Of a DNA stretch of 64,000 nt, positions 1-11,880 are shown piece after piece. The stretch is from Tubulanus polymorphus (lineage: Eukaryota; Animalia; Nemertea): the NCBI RefSeq assembly GCF_964204645.1, contig NC_134036.1:6354600-6418599 (forward strand). Reading direction: 5' to 3'. The notes under the pieces are model-generated. The model had not been told where the DNA came from and did not search any database. It saw nothing but the letters and a program-made list of their open reading frames with translations. The position numbers were made by a program, and so were the translations under genes. How positions within the stretch are numbered: position 1 is the stretch's first letter; every line of letters begins with the position of its first letter.

Positions 1-89
1 GAACGGTCCGCAAACATCGATATCGAATTTTAAAATTCGAAATTCGGACAGAATTAACGACGGATTAAAAATTTCGCAATGACAAATAA

Positions 90-178
<89 letters not shown>
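90..178. repeat. (TA)n microsatellite
   Basis: Direct dinucleotide run; the paralogous position at 41037-41348 carries a much longer run. Confidence 0.97.
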
Positions 179-180
<2 letters not shown>

Positions 181-635
181 CATACTTATGCCTTGTGATA
201 GAAAAAAAACAAAAACAATAACAATATTCGTTTGAAAATAAAGATTTCTCGTCGACAAAATCTGGAGATTCCATTGGGCCTAGCTGCACAGTCGTGACTT
301 AAGGCCGAAATTGGTCTTACATCTTTAAACACGGAACGAGTTTATATGATTTATGATATGATATGATTTATTTGCATAAAAGATTGTTACAGAGTTTACA
401 AATGAATACACAATATATGGAAAACAATGTACCAATAAATTATGCGAGGAATTAGGAGAAGCCAAAGTTGGCTTAATCTAGTCCTAATCCCTCGTCCATA
501 CACTCTCACATACACACAGACATATACACCAATTCACATTCATTCCTAGTTTACCAAACAAACCAAATATACATAATATACATAGACAATTGCAGATAAA
601 GTAATGTGGCACGTTATAAAAGATTACACAGATAA

Positions 636-3556
636 TTAATAAGTGTAACGAAGATAACGCTGAAGCTGAATTTTGAAGTTGGATATCGAGTCTAGATATT
701 TCAATTTCTCTGGTAAACTATTCCAGAATTTCGCTCCTTGAATTTTCATAGATGTATACTTGTATTTAGATTTAGCAAATTCTATTGATAAGGCCATAGG
801 CCTGCGACTAGAACGAAGATTTTGGGTGTTCCTGAGAATGAAAAAATCTTTGAAAATAGTCGGTAATAAAAGGTTGATACTTAAGAAGGCAAGCGATCCA
901 ATTTGATGTCTGTAAATGTCATCCAGTTTAAGAATTTCTAATTTCCTGAAAATCGGGGATGTATGTTCAAGCCAATCTGAACGAGTGATTATCCGAAGGG
1001 CTTTTTTCTGAAGGATGTATAATGGTTGCAAATAAATTTTACAGGCATTTCCCCAAATAAGATTGGCATAATGTAGGTGTGAGTGAACGAAACAATAGTA
1101 GAGATTTTTTAGAATATCTGAAGGTAAAATGTACTTTAATCTATTGATTATACCAATTCCACGAGATACTTTTTTACACGTAAAAGATATATGCTCCTTC
1201 CAGGTTAAATTGTGATCAAATATAACACCTAGAAACTTTGTAGAATCAACACGTTTGATAATTTGGTCATCCAGACGAATGGTGAGTTTAATATGGTCTT
1301 TATTACCAAAAATGATATACTGGGTTTTTCCTACATTTACAGACAATCTATTAGCCCGAAACCATTGCAAGAGATTAGCCAACTCTGAATTCAAGGTGTA
1401 TTCGACAAATTTTGGATCATGATGGCTGTAGAAAAAGTTGCTATCATCAGCAAAAAGAATTGACTCTAATGCTTTACAGGAGGAAGGGCAGTCGTTGATA
1501 TAAATCAAAAATAATAGCGGCCCTAGGATAGAGCCTTGAGGGACACCAGAATTAATGTCGAGAGTTGAGGATAAACAGTTATTGAACTTCACTGCTTGTT
1601 TTCTATTAGTTAGATAATTTTGGAACCAGAGATATGGTATGCCACGTATACCGTAATGTTCTAATTTTGAATTTAGGATTTTGTGATTAATTGTGTCAAA
1701 TGCTTTTGATAAGTCTATGAAAACACCAGCGGTTATTAAACCATTATCTAGAGAGTTTGCTATTTTATCAGTAATGTACGTTAATGCAGAGGAAGTTGAG
1801 TACTTTTTTCTAAAACCAAACTGCCGGTCATTTAAGATTTTATATTTGTCAAGAAATTTTATCAACCGATTGTAAACAAGTTTTTCCAACACCTTTGAAA
1901 TTGAAGGTAGAACAGAAATAGGGCGATAGTTACTAAAAGAAGACTTATCACCCATTTTGTAAATAGGGGTTATGTAAGCGATTTTGAAAATATTGGGAAC
2001 TATACCTGTGACAAAGCTACAATTAAAGATATGAGTTAAGGGACTTGAAATAGCGGAAATAATAGATTTGAGTAATTTATTGCTGATATTGTCACATCCA
2101 CACGATGGTTTACTTTGTAAGTTAGATACAATTTCCTCGACTTCTGAGGGGTATGTAGGTGAGAGAAAAAAGTTTTCGACGTTTTTTCGCCAAGATATTG
2201 TTTAAAATCGTGAGTGGAATTTGAAATTTTAGACTCAAGAGATGAAGCAATATTTACAAAATAATCATTGAACTGGTTTGCAATTTCTAGTTCATCAGTA
2301 ATAACCCTGTTGTTGTGTAAAAACTCGGAATTGCACTTCTTATTTTTGGTCTTATTAAGTAATGAATTGATTATTTTCCAAGTTTCCTTAGGATCATATT
2401 GACACGATAAAAATTTTTCTTTGTAATAACGTTCTTTACTTTTTCTAAGTAAAGAGTTTAAGAAATTCCTATATTTACAATACTTGGCTTTGCTGTCAAT
2501 ACTTCTTTTACCTATATATTTTCTATATAATTTATCCTTAATTTTGATAGACGTTTTGATCCCTGCTGTAATCCATGGTTTATTGTGTTGTTTGGGTGTA
2601 ATACACTTAACCGGAAAACATGCTTCATAACACGTATTTACAATATTATAGAATTCGTTACAAGACTTTTCTGGACTATTGCTATTATAAACACACTGCC
2701 AATCGCTGGCTAACAATGATCGGGAAAATGTTTCGATTGACCTTGGATTAATATCACGGATCTGAATTATAGGGGAATTGGGATTATATTTCTCATTTAA
2801 AATATCCATCACAGCAAAAATCGGGTAATGATCTGTGATATCGTTAAGGAAGACTCCACTTAAAATTTTAGACTCTTGGCTAAAGTTAATTAATATATTA
2901 TCTATTACCGTAGCAGATTGCTCAGTAACTCTAGTGGGTAAATTAATAAGCGGTGAAAATGAATTAGAGCTCGCAATATTTATGAAACTCTCATACAAAG
3001 AATTTTTTCCAATTTTGCTAAAGTCAATATTATAGTCACCCATTAATATAACATTCAAATTTTCCTTGTTAACCATATGTGTAAATCTATTGAATTCATT
3101 AATAAAGTTTGTTAAATCAGATTCAGGCGCACGATACAAAACACCAACGATAATCTTTTTTTTTGAATAAGATAATTCAGCAAATATAGATTCACCAATA
3201 ACTAAATCCTCCCTAATTTTATATCGAAAAGTATTATTTATTAAGATACCTACACCACCACCCTTTTTATTCGATCTACTTCGAAAAAAACTAGTGTAGT
3301 TAGGGATGTGATACAAGGATTCATTTGGGATATTCTCGTCTGTCCATGTTTCGGATAATCCAATTACAGAGAATTGATGGTTCAGAGTTTGAAGGTAATC
3401 ACTGAAGTTATCGAAGTTCTTCTTGACACTTCGGACGTTAGCATGAAATACACTCAACGGTTTTCCCTCACAAGGTGTTGAAAATTTTAAAGCGAAATTG
3501 TTCGCACAATAATAGTCACAATTAGTACATTCCGGTTCTAAAATATATTCCGACAT
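636..3556 (-). CDS. LINE ORF2: APE endonuclease + reverse transcriptase, with one frameshift near 2166-2171
   Basis: APE motifs: ANVRS, GLSETW, GGGVG, MGDYNID, IDNI, TDHYP. RT motifs: NYRPIS, QFGFR, FIDLSKAFD, GVPQGSILGP, FADD, KFLG. Adding one T to the T6 run joins ..SKTFF to LSPTYPSEVEEIV..KIAYITPIYKMGDK. Confidence 0.92.
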
Positions 3557-3559
3557 TGT

Positions 3560-4124
3560 TTAACTGACATCAAAATTGGCTTTCTTTGGATCTTTTTCTG
3601 TGCTCGGTGGGGTTTGAGTTATAGATCTCTTCTTACGTTTGTTTGTTGCTGGAGTACTGAAAATCTCAGCCTGGTTGTCAGAGAACAAGATGTCACTGAA
3701 GTTCTTAGCGAGGGCCGACTTTCCAAGTTCATTCAAATGAGTCCCACTTGAGTCACTAACATTGTAGTATCTATCTCTGATAGTTCCTGATGGTTTTAAG
3801 ATGACATCATTGTTGATGAACAGAATGTTCTGTCTCGAACAAAACTTATCCATGTATGTATTTACCATACAAGCAGTAGTATTGAAATCTTTCGTATTGT
3901 TATTTATACCTTTCTTAGGGATGACGCTCGAGAAACACACTTTAGCTTTTGCGAACTTTTCGGTAACCTTGGCTAACCCTAATGTAGTGTTAACCTTGAT
4001 ATCATCGGGATCTGATTTGTGCCTGTTTATATCATTAGTGCCTAAATGTACAACGACCTCGGTTATCGCGGTTAAATCGTTAACTAGGGAGTCAACTTTA
4101 TCAAGCAACGGATCTATGTTTTCG
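3560..4124 (-). CDS. LINE ORF1 C-terminal part, SGNH/GDSL esterase-like domain (5'-truncated)
   Basis: VVVHLGTND (block III) and SGTHLN (block V), then a basic NLS-like KRKKR. Its stop codon lies 3 nt before the ORF2 ATG. Confidence 0.85.
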
Positions 4125-5775
4125 ATACTGGACTTTAGTTGTTAGATTGGGCATAGAATCAAGTTGGACTGAGACTGGTCTTAGATCTAAGGCATGGCTC
4201 CTGCAACAGACCCCTCGATTCAAACTGCATCGCAGACTAAGATAGATTATAGCCGAACAAATGGGTTCGTATTCGCAACATCTTGCTTATATCAGCATTT
4301 CTAGAATTCTAGAATTTCTAGAGAGCGGGAGAGAGAGATACCGAATAGATATTACAGCGAGGCGTATATAAGTTAAACGCCTCGAGGCAGTTACTGTAAA
4401 AACGGTCTAAACTTTCTGTGCACGACAGCGGATTTCAGCATGTATCATGTATCCGTCTAGATCAAAGATACATTCACACTGATTTCGTGCGCCGCTAGAA
4501 AACCAGCGAATAACTAATTTATAAATCACAATTACACAAAACCTTAAGTCTTATGATATAGGAAAAAACCTTGAAAAAACCTAAATTAGTAGATTACAAA
4601 GTTTAAGGATTGTGCAACGATTTTCATATTTGCCGCGAATGTGGAAAAATCGATTGGATTCATCGATGTATTTTGAGGAGCGATAAAGTTTTATTTCTAT
4701 CAGGGAAAACTTTTGAGACGATAGTGTCAGTATTCGGTTGATTAGTGATTAGATTCATTAGATTCGAAGATTTTAGACTAGCTCATTGCGTGCGATTCAT
4801 ATTCTTTCTCGTTTAAGGAAAGCAACCTGGAATTAAATCGTTTTTGTAAAATTATTTGATGATGGATATCGTTGTACGCAAGTAATATGTACATGTTCAT
4901 TCTACTTATTCTAGCTTTGTGCGCTGTTTATTGAGTAAAACGGTTCCAATAAAATATCTGAAATTGATCCTGGTGTTATGGGTAGATCCCGCTAAGTGCC
5001 GTAATAAGTTGGTCAGCATTCTTCCAAACCAGGACCTAAAACGACGCGATGCAATGTAAAAAGCCAAAAAACGCAATGTTAAATGTAATAAAATATCAGA
5101 AATATTTCTGGTAGTTTCTACCACCCTAGTATTTCGATAATATTGTTCAATTAGGATCCGTTAAATCTACATAAACTATTTCTGATTTGGAATAAACGTC
5201 ACTCACGATTATGCTCGAATAAACCAAACAGGATACAAATGTTCAAGTAGCACGGTGTCAGATATTAATTGTCATAATATGAAATCAAATCATACTTATG
5301 TTGAGCATTTGGCGCGGTTAGGATTGTAGGTTTAGAGCGCTGCGATTCGTACAGCGAGTGTAAGGCACGTGGATTGCGTTTACAAACACAGAGGACAGCG
5401 TGCGCACTGTAGCAAAAGATGGCGGAAACTTTCTTGTGAACATATTTCGTCGAGTAACGATTTAAAGGAGGAACTAGAAATGACCGTGAGTGCTTGCAAG
5501 CCGCGGACGAAACGGCGTATCCTATTGATCTGACATTTTTTAACTTCGAGTTCACTTCGATTTGTTTACTCGCAGTTTTATTGAATCTAATTATGACACG
5601 AGATTTGACGTCGGAGTTATACATATAAATTCAATTCGAGTTAAGCTTTTTCTCAACGTGCAAAACCTTTTCAGTCAGTAGGTAACCTGCCGACTGTGGT
5701 TATTTTCATAATGGGATATTACCCGAACAACCGCAAATTCATATCCCATTATATAGGCCCTTATCGCCATAACGA

Positions 5776-6561
5776 TTAGCTACAAAATCCGGCTCTGCAT
5801 TTTTTGTCGCAACAGTCAGAGCTATAGTAACAACTATCTGCTTTTTTCATGCAACGTCGAGTCCCTGAAAGTACGAAATTGAAAGAGGAATTTTTAAGTG
5901 AAACAAGCTTTTCTTACTTAAGTGAATGTATGATTCCTAACCCAGAGCATATATATAACCGGTAATGATCCCGACGATTGGGATCTTAGAAGCCACTCAT
6001 TGTTGTCGATCATTTAGACGAACGAATGTATTTAAGAGTTGCATGTTCATAAGATCAATATTTCAGGTCAATTGAATGGACTACCCAAAAAACCAGCTAT
6101 CCCGTCAGATGGCGTGATGAGCAGTAGATCGTTCGTTGTCAATATTACTTCATTTTCGATTAACTTTGAAATGGATTGTAAGACTCCCGAATCCATGTAT
6201 TATCACAGGACTCGCAATATGTGAAATACTTTCATTCTTACTATGAGATTTGGAGATAATCTTCAGAGATAATTGATTCAAGAGAAGAGTTCATTCAGAT
6301 TTAATTGAATTCAAAAAGAAAATTGAACGTGGACGAAAACTATCTACTAGCGAACCTAACAGATTCGTTCGATAACCATCTACTTAATCGATAAATAACT
6401 ATAAATGTGAACTGATAATTGCCATTTTAATTCATGTTATTCGTGGAATCGTACAAAATCGTGTATTGTATTCCCGGTTACTTACGCGCGTCTACAATGG
6501 CCACGGCACTGACCAAAATCACCGCAACAGCACACACACGAGTCATTAAATGAGCCAGCAT
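5776..6561 (-). CDS. K1a: secreted inhibitor-cystine-knot (knottin) peptide precursor, 54 aa, coding exons 6561-6486 and 5864-5776
   Basis: ATG..GACGCGC|GTAAGT donor and TACTTTCAG|GG acceptor, phase 1. Product MLAHLMTRVCAVAVILVSAVAIVDA-RTRR-CMKKADSCYYSSDCCDKKCRAGFCS*: hydrophobic signal peptide, RxRR site, C-X6-C-X5-CC-X3-C-X4-C. AATAAA lies downstream near 5577-5582. Confidence 0.88.
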
Positions 6562-7492
6562 TTTCGCGCCTAGAATTTTACTAATATTTGAATCCATGGA
6601 AATCACAATATCCGTGATAAGACGATGAGCAAAAATCCCACGATGAATCAGAAAAGTTTATTTCATTATAAATATTACGGGTGGTTGCTACCACCCATCT
6701 TCAGTCTAAAAAAACTAATTTAAAAATTGCCACCCGAAATATTTCTAATTTTGAAATAACCTTTTTTAGATTCATTCATATATTGTGGGATTTTAACTCA
6801 TGTATGATATCTATTAGCAATCACAAATTCTGATAATGCAAAAGCTTTCAACGGGCTCTCAGTTACTGGACATTTTGTCAGGTAATGTACCAGGTTTAGA
6901 AATATGCAGCTCTCTGCATACAACGGATTTTTTCTGTATTTCTGGTTTGAATGCTATTCCATGAATTCATTCTTTTTAATCTATTGTATCGTATCGTCCT
7001 TGCAATCAAAAGGAAAGTACGTTGAAGCCCAAATTTATAGGGTGCATATATAAATGAAGGTTCCAGCGAGAAACATCAAACTAAAAGGTAAAGAAGAAAT
7101 CGCGCTGATATCCGTAACCGTTTGTTAACATAGAATAATCGCGGCTCGTTGTCGAAAATTCAAATGAAATGAAATGATAAAGAAATGTTAAAGAAATGAT
7201 AAAGAGCTAAATTTCTGATAAGGCATCGCATTGACTGGAACGGGAACGGTGTTTTCACTCTCCGCATCCTCGTTTAGACCCTATCTTAATCCAAATACCA
7301 TCCGAGCGAAATTGACAAAATCAGGACTCGCCATAGTTTAGACAAGCGTCGCTAGAATCTATTCATCTCGAATAGATTCATATTAGAATCTATCTGCGTT
7401 TTTATGTATTTTGTTTAATTCTATTTCTTATTTCAACATTTGATCGTGAAAAATATAGATTTGAATTACCAGTATTTTATCGACGGACCTAC

Positions 7493-7850
7493 CTCAGTCG
7501 CTTGTTCTGACGTATTCAACTTTTCGAATCGAAAATGTCTCGTTTTCCCGAGCTAGCACAGTCGACGAATGAATAAAACACATCGCGCGTAAAATAGTAT
7601 ACGTGTTGAAATAGAAATCGAAGTTATACAGATATACTACACACAGCTCGATATAGATTGAAACTCGCGTCGATGTGTTTGTTCAATCGCTTCGCACCCG
7701 GCTCTTCAAAATCGATCCACGCGCATCACTATCTTACTCACACTGAGCCATGAGTATAATGTTTCGAACGTACGGGATATCATTATGTATATTTAAATCA
7801 GCTGTCGCCTTTCATAATTTATGAATATAATTTTTTCATATGCTGTTTTA
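7493..7850 (-). promoter_or_regulatory. Non-coding first exon and promoter block of K1a
   Basis: GCGACTGAG|GTAGGT donor at 7492 pairs with the TTCTAG acceptor 8 nt before the K1a ATG. Inr-like TCATTC near 7570. Homologous blocks occur at 10376-10700, 12560-12800, 13800-14115, ~45150 and ~63309. Confidence 0.65.
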
Positions 7851-8015
7851 GTATTTTCGCTCGTGTGCGGTGAATACGTACGCAGAACACATCATTCTGA
7901 CTAGAAACAGGTCTTAAATTGCGATTGAAAGTGACTATTGAATCCGATCGATGTTTTTTGATTGGAGGTTTCCAACACGTGTTTTGTCGGCCACTATGTG
8001 CGGTCTCGAATACCG

Positions 8016-8317
8016 TCCTCCCCAGGTAGGGATTCGAACCTGATGGCGTCGCTACACTCGGCCACAGCACGAACCCCTGCCACAATAGACCGAATGCGGC
8101 ACCAATCAGATTGTTCGTTGTATAATCACTAAGTATAGTTCACGGAAGAACTATCGTTCGGAAAACCCGGACTAAATTGGATAATACGGGTATTTTGATT
8201 GACTAATAATGTAATCATCTAAGCTGCGCGTGAAGCTGCACACTCGGTCTAGTCTGGCAGGGTTTCGTACCGCGGCAATCTCGATGCCATCAGGATTGAA
8301 TCCCTGCTGGGGGAGGA
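8016..8317. mobile_element. ~300-bp element with ~85-bp imperfect inverted arms, each tRNA-like (A box + B box) and pointing outward
   Basis: Left arm TCCTCCCCAGGTAGGGATTCGAACCTGATGGC..CCCTGCCACAATAGACCGA is the approximate reverse complement of right arm TCGGTCTAGTCTGGCAGGG..GCCATCAGGATTGAATCCCTGCTGGGGGAGGA. The left arm read on minus contains GGTTCGAATCCC. Confidence 0.75.
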
Positions 8318-8678
8318 TCCTAACTGCCGAATAACTATCGTAGACCTCAGTAATGACAGCATGTGTAAATACATCGTGTACAGTGGTCACGCTTTTGCGT
8401 CATATTGACCGTCATCTGGTCATAGATGACAAATTTCGCCCGATTGTACTGGTCTACAAAGTCTTGGAGAAATGATTCTGCCTGAATGAGATCCGTCTTG
8501 TTAACTTCTTCGGTGTAAAGAACTACTAAAACTAAATCGTTTGCTTTTATTTGATTAACTGATATGCATATATTATATTTTCATCATAGTCAGTCAGTAA
8601 CCTGATTTAGTTATATAATTGCATATTTTCCAAAACCACCGCGAGCAATCCGATTGTAAACGCAATTGTCACCAACGA

Positions 8679-9044
8679 CTAGCAACACCTTGCCTGGTGA
8701 CATCTGCCGCTGCAACACTCAGCATCGTGGACGCAAAGTCCGATGTTTGTGCATTGTCCTATATTTTAGAATAGAAACAATAAATTGAAATAGAATTTTG
8801 AAGTGTAACAGAGCTCTTACTTAAAAACGAAGAAATAATTGACTCGCTAGCGTTCGAGTCTATACGTTCATTCGTTAAACAAATACTCAATGTTAACTGA
8901 TGAATGCAAATTTGTGTATTTTATGCAAGTCATCCAATGACATTCTTATCATTTGTCCAGTCGTTACTCACCCGCAGTAGTAGATGCAGAACCGACTATA
9001 ATCATAACGATAGCACATACGCGAGTCATTAAATAAGTAAGCAT
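8679..9044 (-). CDS. K2a: secreted knottin-like peptide precursor, 50 aa, coding exons 9044-8972 and 8758-8679
   Basis: GCGG|GTGAGT donor and AAATATAG|GA acceptor, phase 1. Product MLTYLMTRVCAIVMIIVGSASTTA-GQCTNIGLCVHDAECCSGRCHQARCC*. Signal exon and 3'UTR are homologous to K1. AATAAA near 8547-8552. Confidence 0.85.
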
Positions 9045-10375
9045 ATTCGTCGTCTAAAATGTGAGGTACATTTATATTACCAATTTGGCATTTTGGTAAA
9101 ACCCAAAATCAATTATCTAACAGTTTTTCATCAGGCCCTCGGTAAATAAGCCGTTTTTTAGATGACGTACCAGGTTTTAAGTAAAACTCTTCCCAGAAAA
9201 CACAAACCGGTAATAGATATAGTGAGATAACGGGTTTCCTGCATTGCTGGTTTGAACGCTGTACTACGAAGAGTAAATAGTTTTGTCAAAATTACTCTCG
9301 TCAGTTCGTAACAGTGAAAATGAAGGTAATGATTAACCCAGTCAATATGTGGCAATCATTCGGTTTGAATTTAGTCGCGCGCCTCGGTAATAAGATACTT
9401 CTGGTTACGACCTTATGCAGATTAAATCTAAATCTAGAAGTACTTAGAATATATACAGTTGGTTTGCAGGCCGGTGTCGAGCTTTTCCGAGGGGCACGTC
9501 TATTTTAAGAAAAACGTTTTGCCCTGCAAAGTGCCACTTAACCATTAAAAGGACACAAAGCGCTTTTCATCTTCCAAAAAACACTTGAAAATTGTATCAA
9601 AAATTTGCAAAATCTTGACCCAAATTTTCTTTTCGCTGACTTTGAAGAGCAATGAAAATTAAAGGGTTCTTTCGCTACCCCGGACCCCAAACCTCACTCG
9701 GCACGGGTCTGATGTTTGAACGATGACATGACATTGAACAATAATTACCACTACATCTCATAATATCAGCTGAAAAATATTCAATCACAAGATGCATGTT
9801 AGATTTAGGTAACCGAAATTGCTGCTGTCTGTCGCATTCGTTCTTACCAAAAACTAGGCTGCATATGTGACTGAACGCGCCAGTAACATCAAATGTAAAA
9901 CTAAACAGTGGCGATTACCGTAACGTTACCCCGCCCCAGCTGCGAAACACCAAAAGACATTTTTGGTTTTGTATTTATTTTTCACGAAATACATAGATAA
10001 CCGTTGGTCATATTCAAATGAAAAGCGTAAAAGATATTATGAAGCAAAAAATTTGAAATAGAGTAAATTAAGTAATTGAAAGAAGTGACAAGAAGGACAA
10101 GCCTACACTGTTCCTACTGATCCCTAACCTTAATACCTATCCATTCTTAAAACCCCAAATAACATCCTCCCAACGACTAGCATAATTAGTTGAGACTATC
10201 GTTTGCCGAAAACATAACTTGATATGATGAAAAAGATGAAATTTTACTTCTGTCATCTTTCTGATTTGATATATGCGGCATGCTAAAGTGTAAATCGCTT
10301 TGTCGATGGACACTCAACGGCCGATTACGAATGATGTGGGTTTGAGTATTTCTTGAGCATAAGAGCTTTTCTTAC

Positions 10376-10700
10376 CTTAGTCGCTTCGTTCAACGTATCT
10401 TTTTTCAATTTTTCGAATAGAGAATATCTCGTTTTCAGGATCTGTCGACGAATGAATAAAACACATTGGATGATGCGATGATTTATACGTTCTAAACACA
10501 AATTCAAAATAATTCCAATATTTGCACAGCTTAATATTAGTTACCCCACTAATGTTTGCTGATTCTTGCAAGCTGAATCGATGCGAAACCGAAACCCTCA
10601 AAATCGATCCTCGCTCATCACTATTTTCTCACACAAACCACAAGTATATTTTTTTTTGTCATTTGGTCTCGCGGGAAATAATTCTTTTCATATATTAATC
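10376..10700 (-). promoter_or_regulatory. Non-coding first exon and promoter block of K2a
   Basis: GCGACTAAG|GTAAGA donor at 10375; TTTTAG acceptor 9 nt before the K2a ATG; homologous to 7493-7850. Confidence 0.62.
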
Positions 10701-11019
10701 TGGCATATGTAGCAGGTCAATTCTGTGAAGAATCTGTATGCATATTCCTGCGAGATGAGTATCGGCAGTTTAATCCCCATCATATGCCACCAAAATACTC
10801 CATTAATGTTAAGGAAGTAAACAGTTTTCTACCAGTGTCGTGGGATTAAAACTTCCCCCCGTGTCACGACAACCGGATTTCTCCCGTCGAGGCGCGATAT
10901 ATTTCCGCAGTGAAGCGAGTGAGTGGTTGTGTGCAGCAGTCAAAAACATACATATTGGCGTAGTTACACAAGTATTTGCAGTAAATAGCAGACAAAACAA
11001 TGAATCCTTAATGGCGGTG

Positions 11020-11880
11020 TACAGCATCACCGTCACTGCCATCACTTTCTCCAGCATCACCTCCATCCACAACATCGCCTCCATCGCCTTTTCCAATATA
11101 ACCATCATCACCACCATCGCCTTCATTGTCACCACCACCTTCTCCAGCATCACCATCGACCCTGCCATAACCTTCTTTAGCATCACATCCATCATCACCA
11201 TAATCTTCTCCGGTAACACCATAACCTTCTACAGAATCACCATCATCGCCTTCTCCAGAATCACCATCATCACCTTCTCCAGCATCAGCAACGTTGCTTT
11301 CTCCAGCATCAGCATCATTGCCTTCTCCAGCATCACTATCATCACCTTCTCCAGCATCAGCAACGTCGCTTTCTCTTGCATCAGTATCATTGCCTTCTCC
11401 AGCATCACTATCATCACCTTCTCCAGCATCACCATCATCGCCTTCTCCAGCATCACCACCGCCATCATCACATCACTTTCTCCAGCATCACCATCATCGC
11501 CTTCTCCAGCATCATTACCACCAACATCAAATCACCTTTTCCAGCATCACCATCTTCACCTTCCCCGGCATCACCATCTTCACCTTATTCAGCATCACCA
11601 TCATCACCTTCTCTAGCATTACCACCGCAATCATCACATCACCTTCTCCAGCATCACCATCTTCCCCTTCCCCAGCATCACCATCTTCACTTTATTCAGC
11701 ATCACCATCATCACCTTCTCCAGCATCACCACCACCATCATCACCTCACCTTCTCTAGCATACCCATCATGACTTATCAATTGAATATCAATTCAAACTA
11801 CGTCATCATCGTCGTCATTACATCACACACTCATTACCATTATCACTCTCTACGCCATCTCCACCATCCCCATCTCCACC
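11020..11880. repeat. CAT/CAC-rich minisatellite, ~24-bp unit CTCCAGCATCACCATCATCACCTT
   Basis: Degenerate tandem units. The triplet periodicity explains the overlapping His-, Ser/Pro-, Ile/Thr- and Met-rich ORFs. Confidence 0.92.

Larger units (their letters stand above)
347..4124 (-). mobile_element. 5'-truncated non-LTR retrotransposon (CR1/L2-group LINE)
   Basis: The empty paralogous site (~41501-41520) reads GAGTTTATACTGGACTTTAG. Here GAGTTTATA precedes the element and ATACTGGACTTTAG follows it, giving a 3-bp ATA duplication (344-346/4125-4127). The 3' end is AATAAA plus short (ATCAT)-like repeats. ORF1 esterase and ORF2 APE-RT are both present. Confidence 0.95.
276..4214. mobile_element. 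~155-bp MITE-like element split by the LINE insertion
   Basis: Imperfect inverted ends GGGCCTAGCTGCACAGTCGTGACTTAAG (276) and CTAAGGCATGGCTCCTGCAACAGACCCC (4214). Uninterrupted copy at 41440-41596; diverged copy near 60013-60140. Confidence 0.6.

Noticed and set aside
1693-4145. Plus-strand ORFs over the LINE, and similar antisense ORFs over the GPCR genes
   Set aside because: Shadow ORFs of the real minus-strand coding sequence.
6039-6224. 61-aa plus-strand ORF repeated at 43585 and 61732
   Set aside because: Starts at TTG, has no domain, lies antisense inside the K1 intron, and its recurrence is explained by recent duplication. No compatible minus-strand propeptide exon was found there either.
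8016-8100. Genuine tRNA genes, or an HDV/CPEB3-like ribozyme suggested by GGCCACAGCA
   Set aside because: No acceptor or anticodon stems could be folded, and no P1 partner or pseudoknot was found.
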